A stretch of 64,000 bases of DNA from a virus (taxonomy: Duplodnaviria > Caudoviricetes), in IMG/VR virus record IMGVR_UViG_3300021962_000022; one strand, 5' to 3'. A program made the position numbers and the translations under genes. Below, in pieces: positions 48,618 through 57,972 of this stretch (position 1 is its first letter; each line of letters starts with the position of its first letter). The notes below the pieces were generated by a model. It saw only the letters and a list, made by a program, of their open reading frames with translations, did not search any database and was not told where the DNA came from.

Positions 48618-49838
48618 ATGTCAAAGATTAGAATTTTAGCAATACCACCCGATACCCATGGTGTAGGTAAATATAGAATATTAGACCCATATAAATTTAT
48701 TGGAGACCATTACTCAGATGAGTTCCATATTGATATCGCACTATCAGTTGAGAACAATGATAATTTCTTTAAGAACTATGACATCGTTGTTTTCCATAGT
48801 TTTATCCATCAAACAAGCCACGAAGAAAATATTTCAAGAATTAAATGGTTAAAATCCCAAGGGATTAAGACCGTTATGGATATTGATGACCACTGGTCTC
48901 CTGACCATAGACACCCAATGTATTTTCATATCAAAGAAAATGAATTGCCAAAAAAGAAGGTGGACATGATGAAGGAATCAGACTATGTTACATGTACCAC
49001 TGAACATTTTGCGAACGGACTTAGAAAAAAACTTAATTTAAAAAATGTTTTGGTATTTCCAAACGCAATTGACCCAAATGAAAGTCAATTCCAACCAAAA
49101 CCAACACAATCTGATAGACTTAGATTCGGATGGTTAGGTGGTTCAACACACTTACATGATTTAGAACAAATTAGAGGTGGTATCTCAATGATTGCAAATC
49201 AATATGATAACGTACAATTCGTTCTTTGTGGTTATGATTTAAGAGGTTCAATCACTGAAGTAAATCCACAAACCAACGAAAGAAAAACAAGACCAATCCA
49301 ACCAATGGAAACGGTTTGGTACAAATACGAACAAATTTTCACTGATAACTATAAAACTGTTGATGGAGACTATAAATCATATTTAATGAATTTCTCACCA
49401 ACACCTGAAATTGACGTTAGTGATAAAAAATATAGAAGGGTATGGACTCAACCAATTGGTAGATATGGTGCAAATTATAATTTATTTGACGTATCTTTAG
49501 CACCCGTGATACCTTCAGAATTCAATTCATATAAATCACAATTGAAAATAATCGAATCTGGTTTTCACAAAAAACCAATCATTGCTAGTGAAACGATGCC
49601 ATATACCATTGATTTAAAAAACGCTTATAAAGAGGGTAAATTACTGGATGATGGTAATGCTTTATTAGTACATGAAAATAAAAATCATAAACTTTGGGCA
49701 AAATACATGAAATTACTTATTGAAAACCCAAATATGGTTGAAGATTTAGGTAATAAACTCTATGAAACCGTAAAAGACAAATATTCTTTAGTTACGGTAT
49801 CTAAAAACAGAACAGAATTTTTCAAATCAATAATTTAA
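48618..49838 (+). CDS. Glycosyltransferase, GT-B fold (GT4-like)
   Basis: GVGKYRI, MDIDDHW, FGWLGGSTH, DVSLAP...KSQLKIIESG. Confidence 0.85.
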   Translation: MSKIRILAIPPDTHGVGKYRILDPYKFIGDHYSDEFHIDIALSVENNDNFFKNYDIVVFHSFIHQTSHEENISRIKWLKSQGIKTVMDIDDHWSPDHRHPMYFHIKENELPKKKVDMMKESDYVTCTTEHFANGLRKKLNLKNVLVFPNAIDPNESQFQPKPTQSDRLRFGWLGGSTHLHDLEQIRGGISMIANQYDNVQFVLCGYDLRGSITEVNPQTNERKTRPIQPMETVWYKYEQIFTDNYKTVDGDYKSYLMNFSPTPEIDVSDKKYRRVWTQPIGRYGANYNLFDVSLAPVIPSEFNSYKSQLKIIESGFHKKPIIASETMPYTIDLKNAYKEGKLLDDGNALLVHENKNHKLWAKYMKLLIENPNMVEDLGNKLYETVKDKYSLVTVSKNRTEFFKSII

Positions 49839-49851
49839 AAACAAAAAAAAC

Positions 49852-50088
49852 ATGCATTACTTAGTTACAGTAGGTTACGAAACCGAAAATTTAGACAGAA
49901 ATGGTAATCCAAGATTACAAAAAGTTAAGTACATCGTAGAAGCCGAGTCGGTTGAAGAGGCAACATTAGTTGTTTCAAAATACAGAGCGGGTGACATGCG
50001 TTCATCAGAAAGTTTGGCCATTGTTAAAATGCCAATCGAATGTATTATTGACCCACAAAACACTCCTGAGTACTTTAAAAACAAATAA
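49852..50088 (+). CDS. Small hypothetical protein (DUF4494-like)
   Basis: KVKYIVEAESVEEA pattern. Confidence 0.5.
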   Translation: MHYLVTVGYETENLDRNGNPRLQKVKYIVEAESVEEATLVVSKYRAGDMRSSESLAIVKMPIECIIDPQNTPEYFKNK

Positions 50089-50090
50089 TT

Positions 50091-50657
50091 ATGATAACCG
50101 CAGAACAAATAGAATCTAACAAAAAAAAGTTTCTTGAGACAAACTCAAAATACAAAATCTTTACAGATGAATTGTTAGATTTTTTGGGTGATGATTTCTT
50201 CATCGCACCTGCATCCACATCCCTAGACATGTACGGATGTTATCCCGGTGGATTACTTAGTCACTGCTTTAAGGCGGCCAAGTATTCTGTTAAAACAAAT
50301 GAATTGTTACCCGAACCCATGAGAGTTCAGACATCATCAATTCTCAAATGTATCTTTCTTTCACAAATTGGTAAAACATTTATGTTTAAACCAAATCCAA
50401 GTGAATGGCACAGAAAAAATTTGGGTAAGTTGTACGAATTCACGGAACAAGAAGTTTCAATGAAAGCCGGTGAAAGAGCGGTCTACTACGCAACCACAAA
50501 TGGTGTTAAACTTTCTGAAGATGAATTCCAATCAATAATGAATTCAGATAAAGAATCGGATGACAAAATGGCTAAGTATCGTTCAGGAACATTGTCTAAT
50601 GTAATAAGAGTCGGTTTTGAACTATCAATATTAGAAGAAAAAAATGGACAAAAATGA
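50091..50657 (+). CDS. HD-fold protein with degenerate active site
   Basis: APAS....Y.GGLLSH matches YhaM-like HD proteins, but the LHDxGK position reads LSQIGK. Confidence 0.65.
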   Translation: MITAEQIESNKKKFLETNSKYKIFTDELLDFLGDDFFIAPASTSLDMYGCYPGGLLSHCFKAAKYSVKTNELLPEPMRVQTSSILKCIFLSQIGKTFMFKPNPSEWHRKNLGKLYEFTEQEVSMKAGERAVYYATTNGVKLSEDEFQSIMNSDKESDDKMAKYRSGTLSNVIRVGFELSILEEKNGQK

Positions 50658-51240
50658 AATTGAGTCGTACATTAAACGACTTCAAGAATTAGAAAAAGAA
50701 ATCCTAAATGAGGATTCTAACGACGAATCAATCATGGGGGACTTAAATAAATTGTTATTTAGTCTCGGGGATGATATTAAAAATCAAGTCGAAGAACAAG
50801 TTAATCGATTTGAGGTAAAAATAAAAAAATTAAACCCAAATGCGGTCATCCCCTCATACTCAAAAGAGGGTGATGCTGCCATGGATTTAACCGCGGTAGA
50901 TGTTGAGTTTACCGACGATTATATTTCATATAAGACAGGTATTGCAATTGAAATACCCAAAGGTTATGTTGGTTTAGTTTTCCCGAGAAGTAGTAATTCT
51001 AAAAAAGATTTACTATTAACAAATAGCGTTGGGGTTATTGATAGTGGGTACAGGGGAGAAATTGAAATTAGATATAAAACAATTTTAAATAATAAAAGAG
51101 AAAATATTTCAATTTACAATACCTTAGACAGAGTGGGTCAGATTATGATTATCCCATACCCTTCAATTACATTCGTTGAAGTAGATGAGTTATCACAAAC
51201 AGAAAGAGGTGATGGTGGATTTGGTTCTACCGGAAAATAA
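50644..51240 (+). CDS. dut: Trimeric dUTPase with acidic N-terminal extension
   Basis: AAMDL, PRSS, GVIDSGYRGEI, RGDGGFGSTG. Confidence 0.95.
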   Translation: MDKNEIESYIKRLQELEKEILNEDSNDESIMGDLNKLLFSLGDDIKNQVEEQVNRFEVKIKKLNPNAVIPSYSKEGDAAMDLTAVDVEFTDDYISYKTGIAIEIPKGYVGLVFPRSSNSKKDLLLTNSVGVIDSGYRGEIEIRYKTILNNKRENISIYNTLDRVGQIMIIPYPSITFVEVDELSQTERGDGGFGSTGK

Positions 51241-51265
51241 TAATTATATTAATAAAAATACATAC

Positions 51266-51982
51266 TTGAGAAAGTCAACAACAAAAACCGCCAATCTTAT
51301 AGAAGATAAGAAAATCGCTAAAAAACAAAGAATTAGAGAAATTATAAAACAACCAAAAGAAAAATTTCTCACCAAAAATCAAGAAGAGTATTGGAGAATA
51401 TTGGGTGATAATGAAATAACACTTTGTTTTGGTCCAGCTGGTGTTGGTAAATCGTATATTGCAATGAAAAGGGCGGTTGATTTACTATGGGATGATAACA
51501 ACAAATATGAAAAAATTATTATTGTTAGACCCGCGGTTGAAGCAGAAGAAAAGTTGGGTTCATTACCTGGCGGTTTGGAAGAAAAACTTGACCCATACAT
51601 CTACCCATCGTATTATCTTTTAAATAAGATAATTGGTAAAGATGCTAGAGAAAAATTAAAAGACGAAGGATTTATTGAAATCGCCGCATTAGCGTACATG
51701 AGAGGGTGGAATGTTGATAATACAATATTGGTGTTTGAAGAAGCTCAGAATACAACACCGTCTCAAATGAAACTACTATTAACACGTATTGGATTCAATT
51801 CTAAATTCTTCATTTCAGGAGACTTAGAACAATCAGATAAATTCAAAGACAAAACAAAAACAGGTTTATATGATGCAAAAGTTAGACTTGGAGATTTAAA
51901 AAATGTTGGAGTTTTTGAATTTGGTAGTGAGGACATTGTAAGAAATCCTATAATCACTCAAATCTTAAAAAGATACGATTAA
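51266..51982 (+). CDS. phoH: PhoH-like ATPase
   Basis: GPAGVGKS, RPAVEA, AYMRG, EEAQN, GDLEQSD; probable TTG start at 51266. Confidence 0.93.
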   Translation: MRKSTTKTANLIEDKKIAKKQRIREIIKQPKEKFLTKNQEEYWRILGDNEITLCFGPAGVGKSYIAMKRAVDLLWDDNNKYEKIIIVRPAVEAEEKLGSLPGGLEEKLDPYIYPSYYLLNKIIGKDAREKLKDEGFIEIAALAYMRGWNVDNTILVFEEAQNTTPSQMKLLLTRIGFNSKFFISGDLEQSDKFKDKTKTGLYDAKVRLGDLKNVGVFEFGSEDIVRNPIITQILKRYD

Positions 51983-51984
51983 AC

Positions 51985-52013
51985 TTTACTTATAAAGTAT
52001 TATAAGTTATATT
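51985..52013 (+). promoter_or_regulatory. Sigma70-type promoter, possibly leaderless transcript
   Basis: TTTACT-N17-TATATT ending 6 nt before ATG 52020. Confidence 0.45.
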
Positions 52014-52019
52014 TCCTTT

Positions 52020-52700
52020 ATGGAAATATTTGTAAGTATAGACGGTGTTTTAAGAAACACCATACAAAAATTTGATTATCATTATAAAGATTATTTCTTA
52101 AACACCGAATCAGACGAAGAGGAAAAATTCGAATATGGTGTTAATGGTACCCCTATATCTATTGAGAATTTATTAAGTACATATAAATTTCAATCAATCG
52201 ACGAGTTTAACAAATTTTTATATTTTGATTTTCCAATCGAAATATATGGTCACGCGGGTTTAAGTTACAGTCACGCGGCAACCGAATTGAACAGTTTTAT
52301 TTTTGAGAATAAGGATGTGAAAATTACCTTGGTTGGTCTTAGTGAAAAAGGTAAAGCGAAACCCGCAACACTTTTCTTCTTATCAAAAAACGGTATTATG
52401 GCAGATAATGTAATTTTTTCATCACCAGAAAAGATAAAAAAATTATGGAAAAAATGTGATGTGTGGATTACAGACGATATTAATGTTGTTTCTCAATGTC
52501 CCATCCACAAGAGGGTTATAAAATTTAATACGTTTTACAATAATAACTTTACAAATAAACTACAAATAAATAAATTATCAGAAATAAATAAAACATGGTT
52601 GAAATTTTCGGTAAAAACTATTATATCGATGTTGATGGAATCAGTCAAAAATGTCAAACGGGTAATCAAATCCAAAACGAAGACGGAACCACAACGCTAG
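52020..52700 (+). CDS. HAD-fold 5'(3')-deoxynucleotidase-like protein, degenerate motif I
   Basis: IFVSIDGVLRN (DxDG reads SIDG), DVWITDD, FNTFYN. Confidence 0.65.
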   Translation: MEIFVSIDGVLRNTIQKFDYHYKDYFLNTESDEEEKFEYGVNGTPISIENLLSTYKFQSIDEFNKFLYFDFPIEIYGHAGLSYSHAATELNSFIFENKDVKITLVGLSEKGKAKPATLFFLSKNGIMADNVIFSSPEKIKKLWKKCDVWITDDINVVSQCPIHKRVIKFNTFYNNNFTNKLQINKLSEINKTWLKFSVKTIISMLMESVKNVKRVIKSKTKTEPQR

Positions 52701-52876
52701 AGATAAACATATTCAAATATGAAATAATAAAAACTTGCATTGAAAGAGTGTTAAATGAATTTGAAGAATCAGATGAAACGTTAGGTGAATTTGGTGAATC
52801 AAACTTATCAATATCATTTAAAATTGCATATAACACATTAATAAAATACGAAATATTAATATCAGAAGATGAATAA
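52595..52876 (+). CDS. Hypothetical protein
   Basis: 93 aa; overlaps both neighbours. Confidence 0.7.
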   Translation: MVEIFGKNYYIDVDGISQKCQTGNQIQNEDGTTTLEINIFKYEIIKTCIERVLNEFEESDETLGEFGESNLSISFKIAYNTLIKYEILISEDE

Positions 52877-53942
52877 CAAAGAAAACATAGAAAAACTGTC
52901 GGTGGCTTTAGAAAACCTAACCACCAAGACTAATAACATATACTTTTTGGTATATGACACAAAAAACAATCCAAGAGCTTCAGTTAAACATATCTACGAT
53001 ATGGCACTGACACTAAAACAAAATGGATATAACGCTAAATTACTTGTTGAAGATAAAACATACACAGGTGTTAATTCTTGGTTAGGTGACACATATAATG
53101 AATTAGATGTTGTGACCATTAAGGATGACCGAGTTGAAATTAAAATTGAAGATGTAATTGTTGTACCTGAATATTATTCAAATGTTTTGGAATCCATGGC
53201 AAACATCAGATGTGTAAAGGTTATGTTAGTTCAACAAAAAGAATACATATTTGAGACATTACCAATTGGAAGCAGATGGTCTGATTATGGATTTGACAGA
53301 GTGATTACAACCACCGAGTTTTCTAAGAAATATATTGGTGAGATTTTTAACGAGTCTTTAGTACACATAATTCCACCAATCATTAGTGATGAATTTAAAG
53401 TTAGTGAAAAGAACACAAAACCTATCATCGCGATTATGTGTAAAGACAGGTCAACAAATAAAAGAATTATCTCAGAATTTTATATTAGATACCCTCATTT
53501 AAGATGGTTGACGTTTAGAGATATGGTTAACATGTCCTATCAAGAATTTGCTGATAATTTGAGAGAATGTGTTGTTTCGGTATGGGTTGACGAAGATTCA
53601 ACTTTCGGGACTTTCCCATTAGAATCAATGAAATCAGGTATACCAATTATTGGTAAAATTCCTAAAAATGAACCTGATTGGTTAAGTGAGAACGGGATGT
53701 GGACATACGATGAATCAAAAATTGTGGAGATTCTTGGTACGTATATAAACGCTTGGTTAGAGGGTGTTGAAATTAACGATGATGTTAAACAGAAAATGAA
53801 AGATACTCTTTTACCATACGAAACTGAAATTACAAAAAATAATATTTTGAATATTTTTGATTCATTCATCAATAAAAGAATTGATGCGATAGAAAAGGCA
53901 TTAAATAAAATAAAAGAAGAAAACAAAGAAGAAATAGCATGA
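52869..53942 (+). CDS. Glycosyltransferase, GT-B fold
   Basis: IVVPE, ESTFGTFPLESMKSGIPIIG-like donor-binding motif (DSTFGTFPLESMKSGIPIIG). Confidence 0.8.
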   Translation: MNNKENIEKLSVALENLTTKTNNIYFLVYDTKNNPRASVKHIYDMALTLKQNGYNAKLLVEDKTYTGVNSWLGDTYNELDVVTIKDDRVEIKIEDVIVVPEYYSNVLESMANIRCVKVMLVQQKEYIFETLPIGSRWSDYGFDRVITTTEFSKKYIGEIFNESLVHIIPPIISDEFKVSEKNTKPIIAIMCKDRSTNKRIISEFYIRYPHLRWLTFRDMVNMSYQEFADNLRECVVSVWVDEDSTFGTFPLESMKSGIPIIGKIPKNEPDWLSENGMWTYDESKIVEILGTYINAWLEGVEINDDVKQKMKDTLLPYETEITKNNILNIFDSFINKRIDAIEKALNKIKEENKEEIA

Positions 53943-54718
53943 AAGACATATCAATAATTTTACCAATCCACAAATGGGATGAGGAATATGAAATAATGTT
54001 TAAAAACGCGTTTAGTTCGGTAGAACAATTCTATAATGATGTTAAATTATTTATTGTTGGTCCATCTAATGTCGTTTCTAAAATAAAAATTGACGAGACA
54101 AATTTAGAATATCATATTATCGAAAACACCGGTAATCATGATTTTTGTTCTCAAGTAAACTTAGGAATTGAGAAGTGTGAAACCGAATGGTTTTCAATTT
54201 TAGAAGTCGATGATGAATATCATAAAAATTGGTTGACTTTAGTAAATTCTTATAGAAGAGAAAATCCTGAAGTCAGTGCATTTTTAAGTTTAGTTAAAGA
54301 CATCAATGTTGAAGGTAACTTTTTAAGTTATACAAACGAATCAACTTGGGCTTATGGTTTTACAGACAAACAAGGGTTTTTAGATAATGAAGCACTTTTA
54401 GAATATCAAAATTTCCAAATCAATGGTGGTTTGTACAAAACATCAGTTATTACTGAGTATGGTAAATTAAAATCAAACATTAAATTAACTTTTGGGTATG
54501 AATTCTTATTGAGATTAACCCATAATAATGTTATTGTAATGACCATTCCAAGATTAGGATATCAACACGTCAATTTTAGAGAAGACTCATTATTTTGGAA
54601 CTATAAAAATTCCGATGACATGAGACTATCTCCCGAAGAAGTTAAATTTTGGTTGGATACTGCGAAAAAAGAATTTTTCTTTAAAAATAATAGAGACATA
54701 AACTATGTAGAAAATTAA
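53939..54718 (+). CDS. Glycosyltransferase family 2 (GT-A)
   Basis: ISIILPIH, NLGI, WFSILEVDD. Confidence 0.8.
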   Translation: MKDISIILPIHKWDEEYEIMFKNAFSSVEQFYNDVKLFIVGPSNVVSKIKIDETNLEYHIIENTGNHDFCSQVNLGIEKCETEWFSILEVDDEYHKNWLTLVNSYRRENPEVSAFLSLVKDINVEGNFLSYTNESTWAYGFTDKQGFLDNEALLEYQNFQINGGLYKTSVITEYGKLKSNIKLTFGYEFLLRLTHNNVIVMTIPRLGYQHVNFREDSLFWNYKNSDDMRLSPEEVKFWLDTAKKEFFFKNNRDINYVEN

Positions 54719-54720
54719 AT

Positions 54721-55419
54721 ATGCCGCGTAAACGAACCCAAAAAATTTATTTTGGGGAGGAACAAGAACAAGCGGTTGTAAGATACTTAGAATCCGACTC
54801 CGATACTGACAAGAATAAGATATTCAATGAATATTTAAGAGAACCTCTCACAATAATGGTCGAAAGTATAATTCGACGTTATAAATTGTATAGAAAAGAC
54901 TTTGAATTCGTAGACATACATGCGGATACAATGTCATTTCTTATGACTAAGATTAACAAATTCGACCATACAAAAAATCACAAAGCTTATTCTTATTTCG
55001 GAACCATCTGTAAAAATTACTTGATGGGGGCAATTCAGAAGGATGCTAAAGAAATGAATAGGAATGTGTCGTATGATGACATTTCATCCGATTTAGAGGA
55101 GAGTACAGAACACTCCTATTCCATAGACGAATATCATATTGATTATAAAGATGTAATCATAAAATTCATAATTGAATTAGAAACGTTTATGGAAGATGAG
55201 GATTTAAATGAAAACGAACAAAAATTAGGATACGCATTAATTGAAATCTTTAGCAACTTTGAAAAAATCTTCCAAGTTGGTGAGGGTAATAAATTCAATA
55301 AGAACTTGATTTTATTATCGTTACGTGAGATGACCTCATTATCAACTAAGGAAATACGAATATCTTTAAAAAGATATAAAAAAGTTTATGAAGGTATCAT
55401 GATTGGATTCATAAATTAA
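54721..55419 (+). CDS. Phage sigma factor (gp55-like)
   Basis: KFDHTKNHKAYSYFGTICKNYL resembles sigma region 2. Confidence 0.75.
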   Translation: MPRKRTQKIYFGEEQEQAVVRYLESDSDTDKNKIFNEYLREPLTIMVESIIRRYKLYRKDFEFVDIHADTMSFLMTKINKFDHTKNHKAYSYFGTICKNYLMGAIQKDAKEMNRNVSYDDISSDLEESTEHSYSIDEYHIDYKDVIIKFIIELETFMEDEDLNENEQKLGYALIEIFSNFEKIFQVGEGNKFNKNLILLSLREMTSLSTKEIRISLKRYKKVYEGIMIGFIN

Positions 55420-55440
55420 TAATTTCTCTATTTATATGTT

Positions 55441-55815
55441 ATGAGGGAAAAGAAAAACATTATATCGTTAGATACCGACTCAGCATTATCATTGATGCAG
55501 GAGATTTATAATGATATCGTTGAGCAGAAAAACACCGCGTCCATGATAACAAAAAAAATGTTAACATTCATGAAGGATGCTGAAGATATGAGTGTGATTG
55601 GTCCCGTAATTAAAGAACAACAAAAAATACTAAACGATTGTACTGAAAAAAAGATTTCGTTAGTTAAGTTACAAAGTGCTCTATTAAAACAAACTCAAGG
55701 AAGTGGTCCTAACTCAACTGGTGGTAAACTACAACTTACAGATGAAGATAGAGTCTTGTTAGAAAAACTGATGAATGATTCAGAAGGTGAATCGTCAGGA
55801 ATATATAGAGACTAA
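55441..55815 (+). CDS. Hypothetical helical protein (possibly terminase small subunit-like)
   Basis: 124 aa coiled coil; late motif upstream; function is a guess. Confidence 0.5.
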   Translation: MREKKNIISLDTDSALSLMQEIYNDIVEQKNTASMITKKMLTFMKDAEDMSVIGPVIKEQQKILNDCTEKKISLVKLQSALLKQTQGSGPNSTGGKLQLTDEDRVLLEKLMNDSEGESSGIYRD

Positions 55816-57773
55816 TGAGCAATTCAAAAGAAACGAAAAAAAAACTTCAGTCACAGATTGAAGCAATCAAAAAAATTAACGACGACCCAAAGGGGGCTTC
55901 GAATTCCATTGCTGACGCATATCAAAAAAATATACCTGACCCAAATGAATTATTTTCTAAAAAAAGTGATGATTTAAAAAATAAATTAAAATCTAAAGTA
56001 GAAAATAATAAAGACATCTTCAAAGATTTATTGGACGTTGCTGAACAATTCATTACCAGCAATAAAAAAACAAAAAAAGATACAACCGCAACACAAAAAG
56101 ACAGTGTTCCCGTAAACGTAGATAAAAATCTTGTGAAGGGAAAAATAAAAAGGTATGCGGTGTCTTCTGCAAAAACCACTTTAAAATCCGCAAAACAAAT
56201 TGCAGTAAAACATTTTTCCGAAGCTCTTTTTATGGGTGATGGTATTTGTGGTAGTCAATCAGTATTCAATATCGATTCTATCACTTTAAAACCAGACGAA
56301 TTTGATTTTTTAGACATATTCACCATTGACCCCGATTCTGATTGTGGTAATTTAATCTATGAAAAGAAATCACCCAATAAGAATAAACAAAAGGCCAATA
56401 GAAAATTATATGATTTAATGTCATCAGGTGGATTATACACCTATTCATCTAATAATGGTAAAAACCTGTTTACGTCTCAATGGAGTGCATCGACACAACA
56501 ATTCTTAATTACTGGTTTAACTCAAGGAACTACAGGTGCAACTAAAGTTCAAAATTTTATTCAAGATTATTATGAATCTTTAGAATTTCCTGATATCGAG
56601 GAAATTATGAAAACATCTATGATGTTAACAATACAAGGTGGTTCAAGTTGTAGTGAATCGAGTAAGTTTACGGTGTCATTAAACAAATCACTGAGACTTA
56701 TAGATAAGTTATTTAAAGTTTGTGGTTCAAGTACCCAGAAAGATGAGTTGAAGAATCAAACTCCTGTTGATATGTTTAGTGAAAACGACCAAGACATTGA
56801 GTTTTACTTTGATTTTGACGATGTAGAAGGTATTGATTTAGATGACGAACAAAATAGATTTAGAAGAGTATTGAGATTTAAAGATTGTTACAATTTTGAA
56901 GTTCCTGTGGACGATATGCACATCGAAGATTTCATCTATTTAACAAACAATAAAAATATTGAACAGGCGGTTGATGATGTTTTAGAAAGTGTATCTAAAG
57001 ATGCATTATCAAAATCAGATTCATCATTTGACCTTAGCGCATTCTTGAATAATTTAATAAACAACTTTATTATAAACTTACCAAAAGCTTTGGTGATGTC
57101 TATATTGTCCGCCAAAATATTTTTACCAATAATAATTCTGTATAAAATATTTAAAACGGGATTAACCAATATCTACTTGAACAGTAAAGAATTGGCTAAG
57201 AAATTTTATAAGGCGTTAGGTAATATTATAAAAGATTTATTTTGGTTATTCATAAGAGAGTTTTGGAAATTAATTAAAACTGACCTCTTATCATTTATAC
57301 AAACGATTGTACAAAGAATTATTAAAAACAAATATAAAAGATATCTATTAATTATTACTTCATTGATAGTTTTATTAAAGAAATTATTACAAAATGAAAT
57401 AAATAATTGTTACGATTTATTTCAAACAATTTTGTCAACAATTAATGCAGCACTTTCCCAAAAAGCACCAATAACAGTCCCCTCAATATTGTTACTATTT
57501 TCCGAGTCTCTTCCGGGATTTAGTCAAGACAGGGCGTTTATGAACATAATGAATAAATTAGAAGCATCAGGTGTACCAACAGGACCCTTGTATGGTGAAA
57601 GTAATAAAATAGGTGATTTAGTTAAATCCATTATAGATGGACATACTGAAGAAAAAGATGCAAACTCTTTTGTAAAAATTGTTCTAAAAGGTGGTGTTTT
57701 ACCAGGTCCACCACTCGCGGGTGGTGCGGTTATTCCACCGGGTTTAATTTCTGGTGTAGGAAAAGAATTTTAA
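55815..57773 (+). CDS. Large hypothetical protein with hydrophobic segments
   Basis: 652 aa; co-transcribed with spike gene. Confidence 0.7.
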   Translation: MSNSKETKKKLQSQIEAIKKINDDPKGASNSIADAYQKNIPDPNELFSKKSDDLKNKLKSKVENNKDIFKDLLDVAEQFITSNKKTKKDTTATQKDSVPVNVDKNLVKGKIKRYAVSSAKTTLKSAKQIAVKHFSEALFMGDGICGSQSVFNIDSITLKPDEFDFLDIFTIDPDSDCGNLIYEKKSPNKNKQKANRKLYDLMSSGGLYTYSSNNGKNLFTSQWSASTQQFLITGLTQGTTGATKVQNFIQDYYESLEFPDIEEIMKTSMMLTIQGGSSCSESSKFTVSLNKSLRLIDKLFKVCGSSTQKDELKNQTPVDMFSENDQDIEFYFDFDDVEGIDLDDEQNRFRRVLRFKDCYNFEVPVDDMHIEDFIYLTNNKNIEQAVDDVLESVSKDALSKSDSSFDLSAFLNNLINNFIINLPKALVMSILSAKIFLPIIILYKIFKTGLTNIYLNSKELAKKFYKALGNIIKDLFWLFIREFWKLIKTDLLSFIQTIVQRIIKNKYKRYLLIITSLIVLLKKLLQNEINNCYDLFQTILSTINAALSQKAPITVPSILLLFSESLPGFSQDRAFMNIMNKLEASGVPTGPLYGESNKIGDLVKSIIDGHTEEKDANSFVKIVLKGGVLPGPPLAGGAVIPPGLISGVGKEF

Positions 57774-57774
57774 A

Positions 57775-57972
57775 ATGGAAATAGAAAAACTTAAAAACAT
57801 TGTAGAAAACGCTAAGGACAAATCAAATAAAGATTTATTTGATGCTGAGAATTTTTTGTTTAAACAACACGAAGAACTTAAGTTACACATAATTGAATTG
57901 ACACGTAAATTAGAGTCAATTGAAAATTTACATCAAGTAATAATCACTGAAATTGAAAATAGAAAAATGTAA
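57775..57972 (+). CDS. Small coiled-coil hypothetical protein
   Basis: 65 aa, tightly coupled to neighbours. Confidence 0.65.
   Translation: MEIEKLKNIVENAKDKSNKDLFDAENFLFKQHEELKLHIIELTRKLESIENLHQVIITEIENRKM

Noticed and set aside
50091-51240. 2-aminoadenine (Z-genome) pathway suggested by HD plus dUTPase-like genes
   Set aside because: No purZ in the window, the HD residues are lost and the dUTPase motifs are canonical
52595-52700. 106-bp overlap between the HAD-like gene and the next ORF as a frameshift system
   Set aside because: No clear slippery site; the downstream ORF has its own ATG, so a run-on C-terminus is simpler
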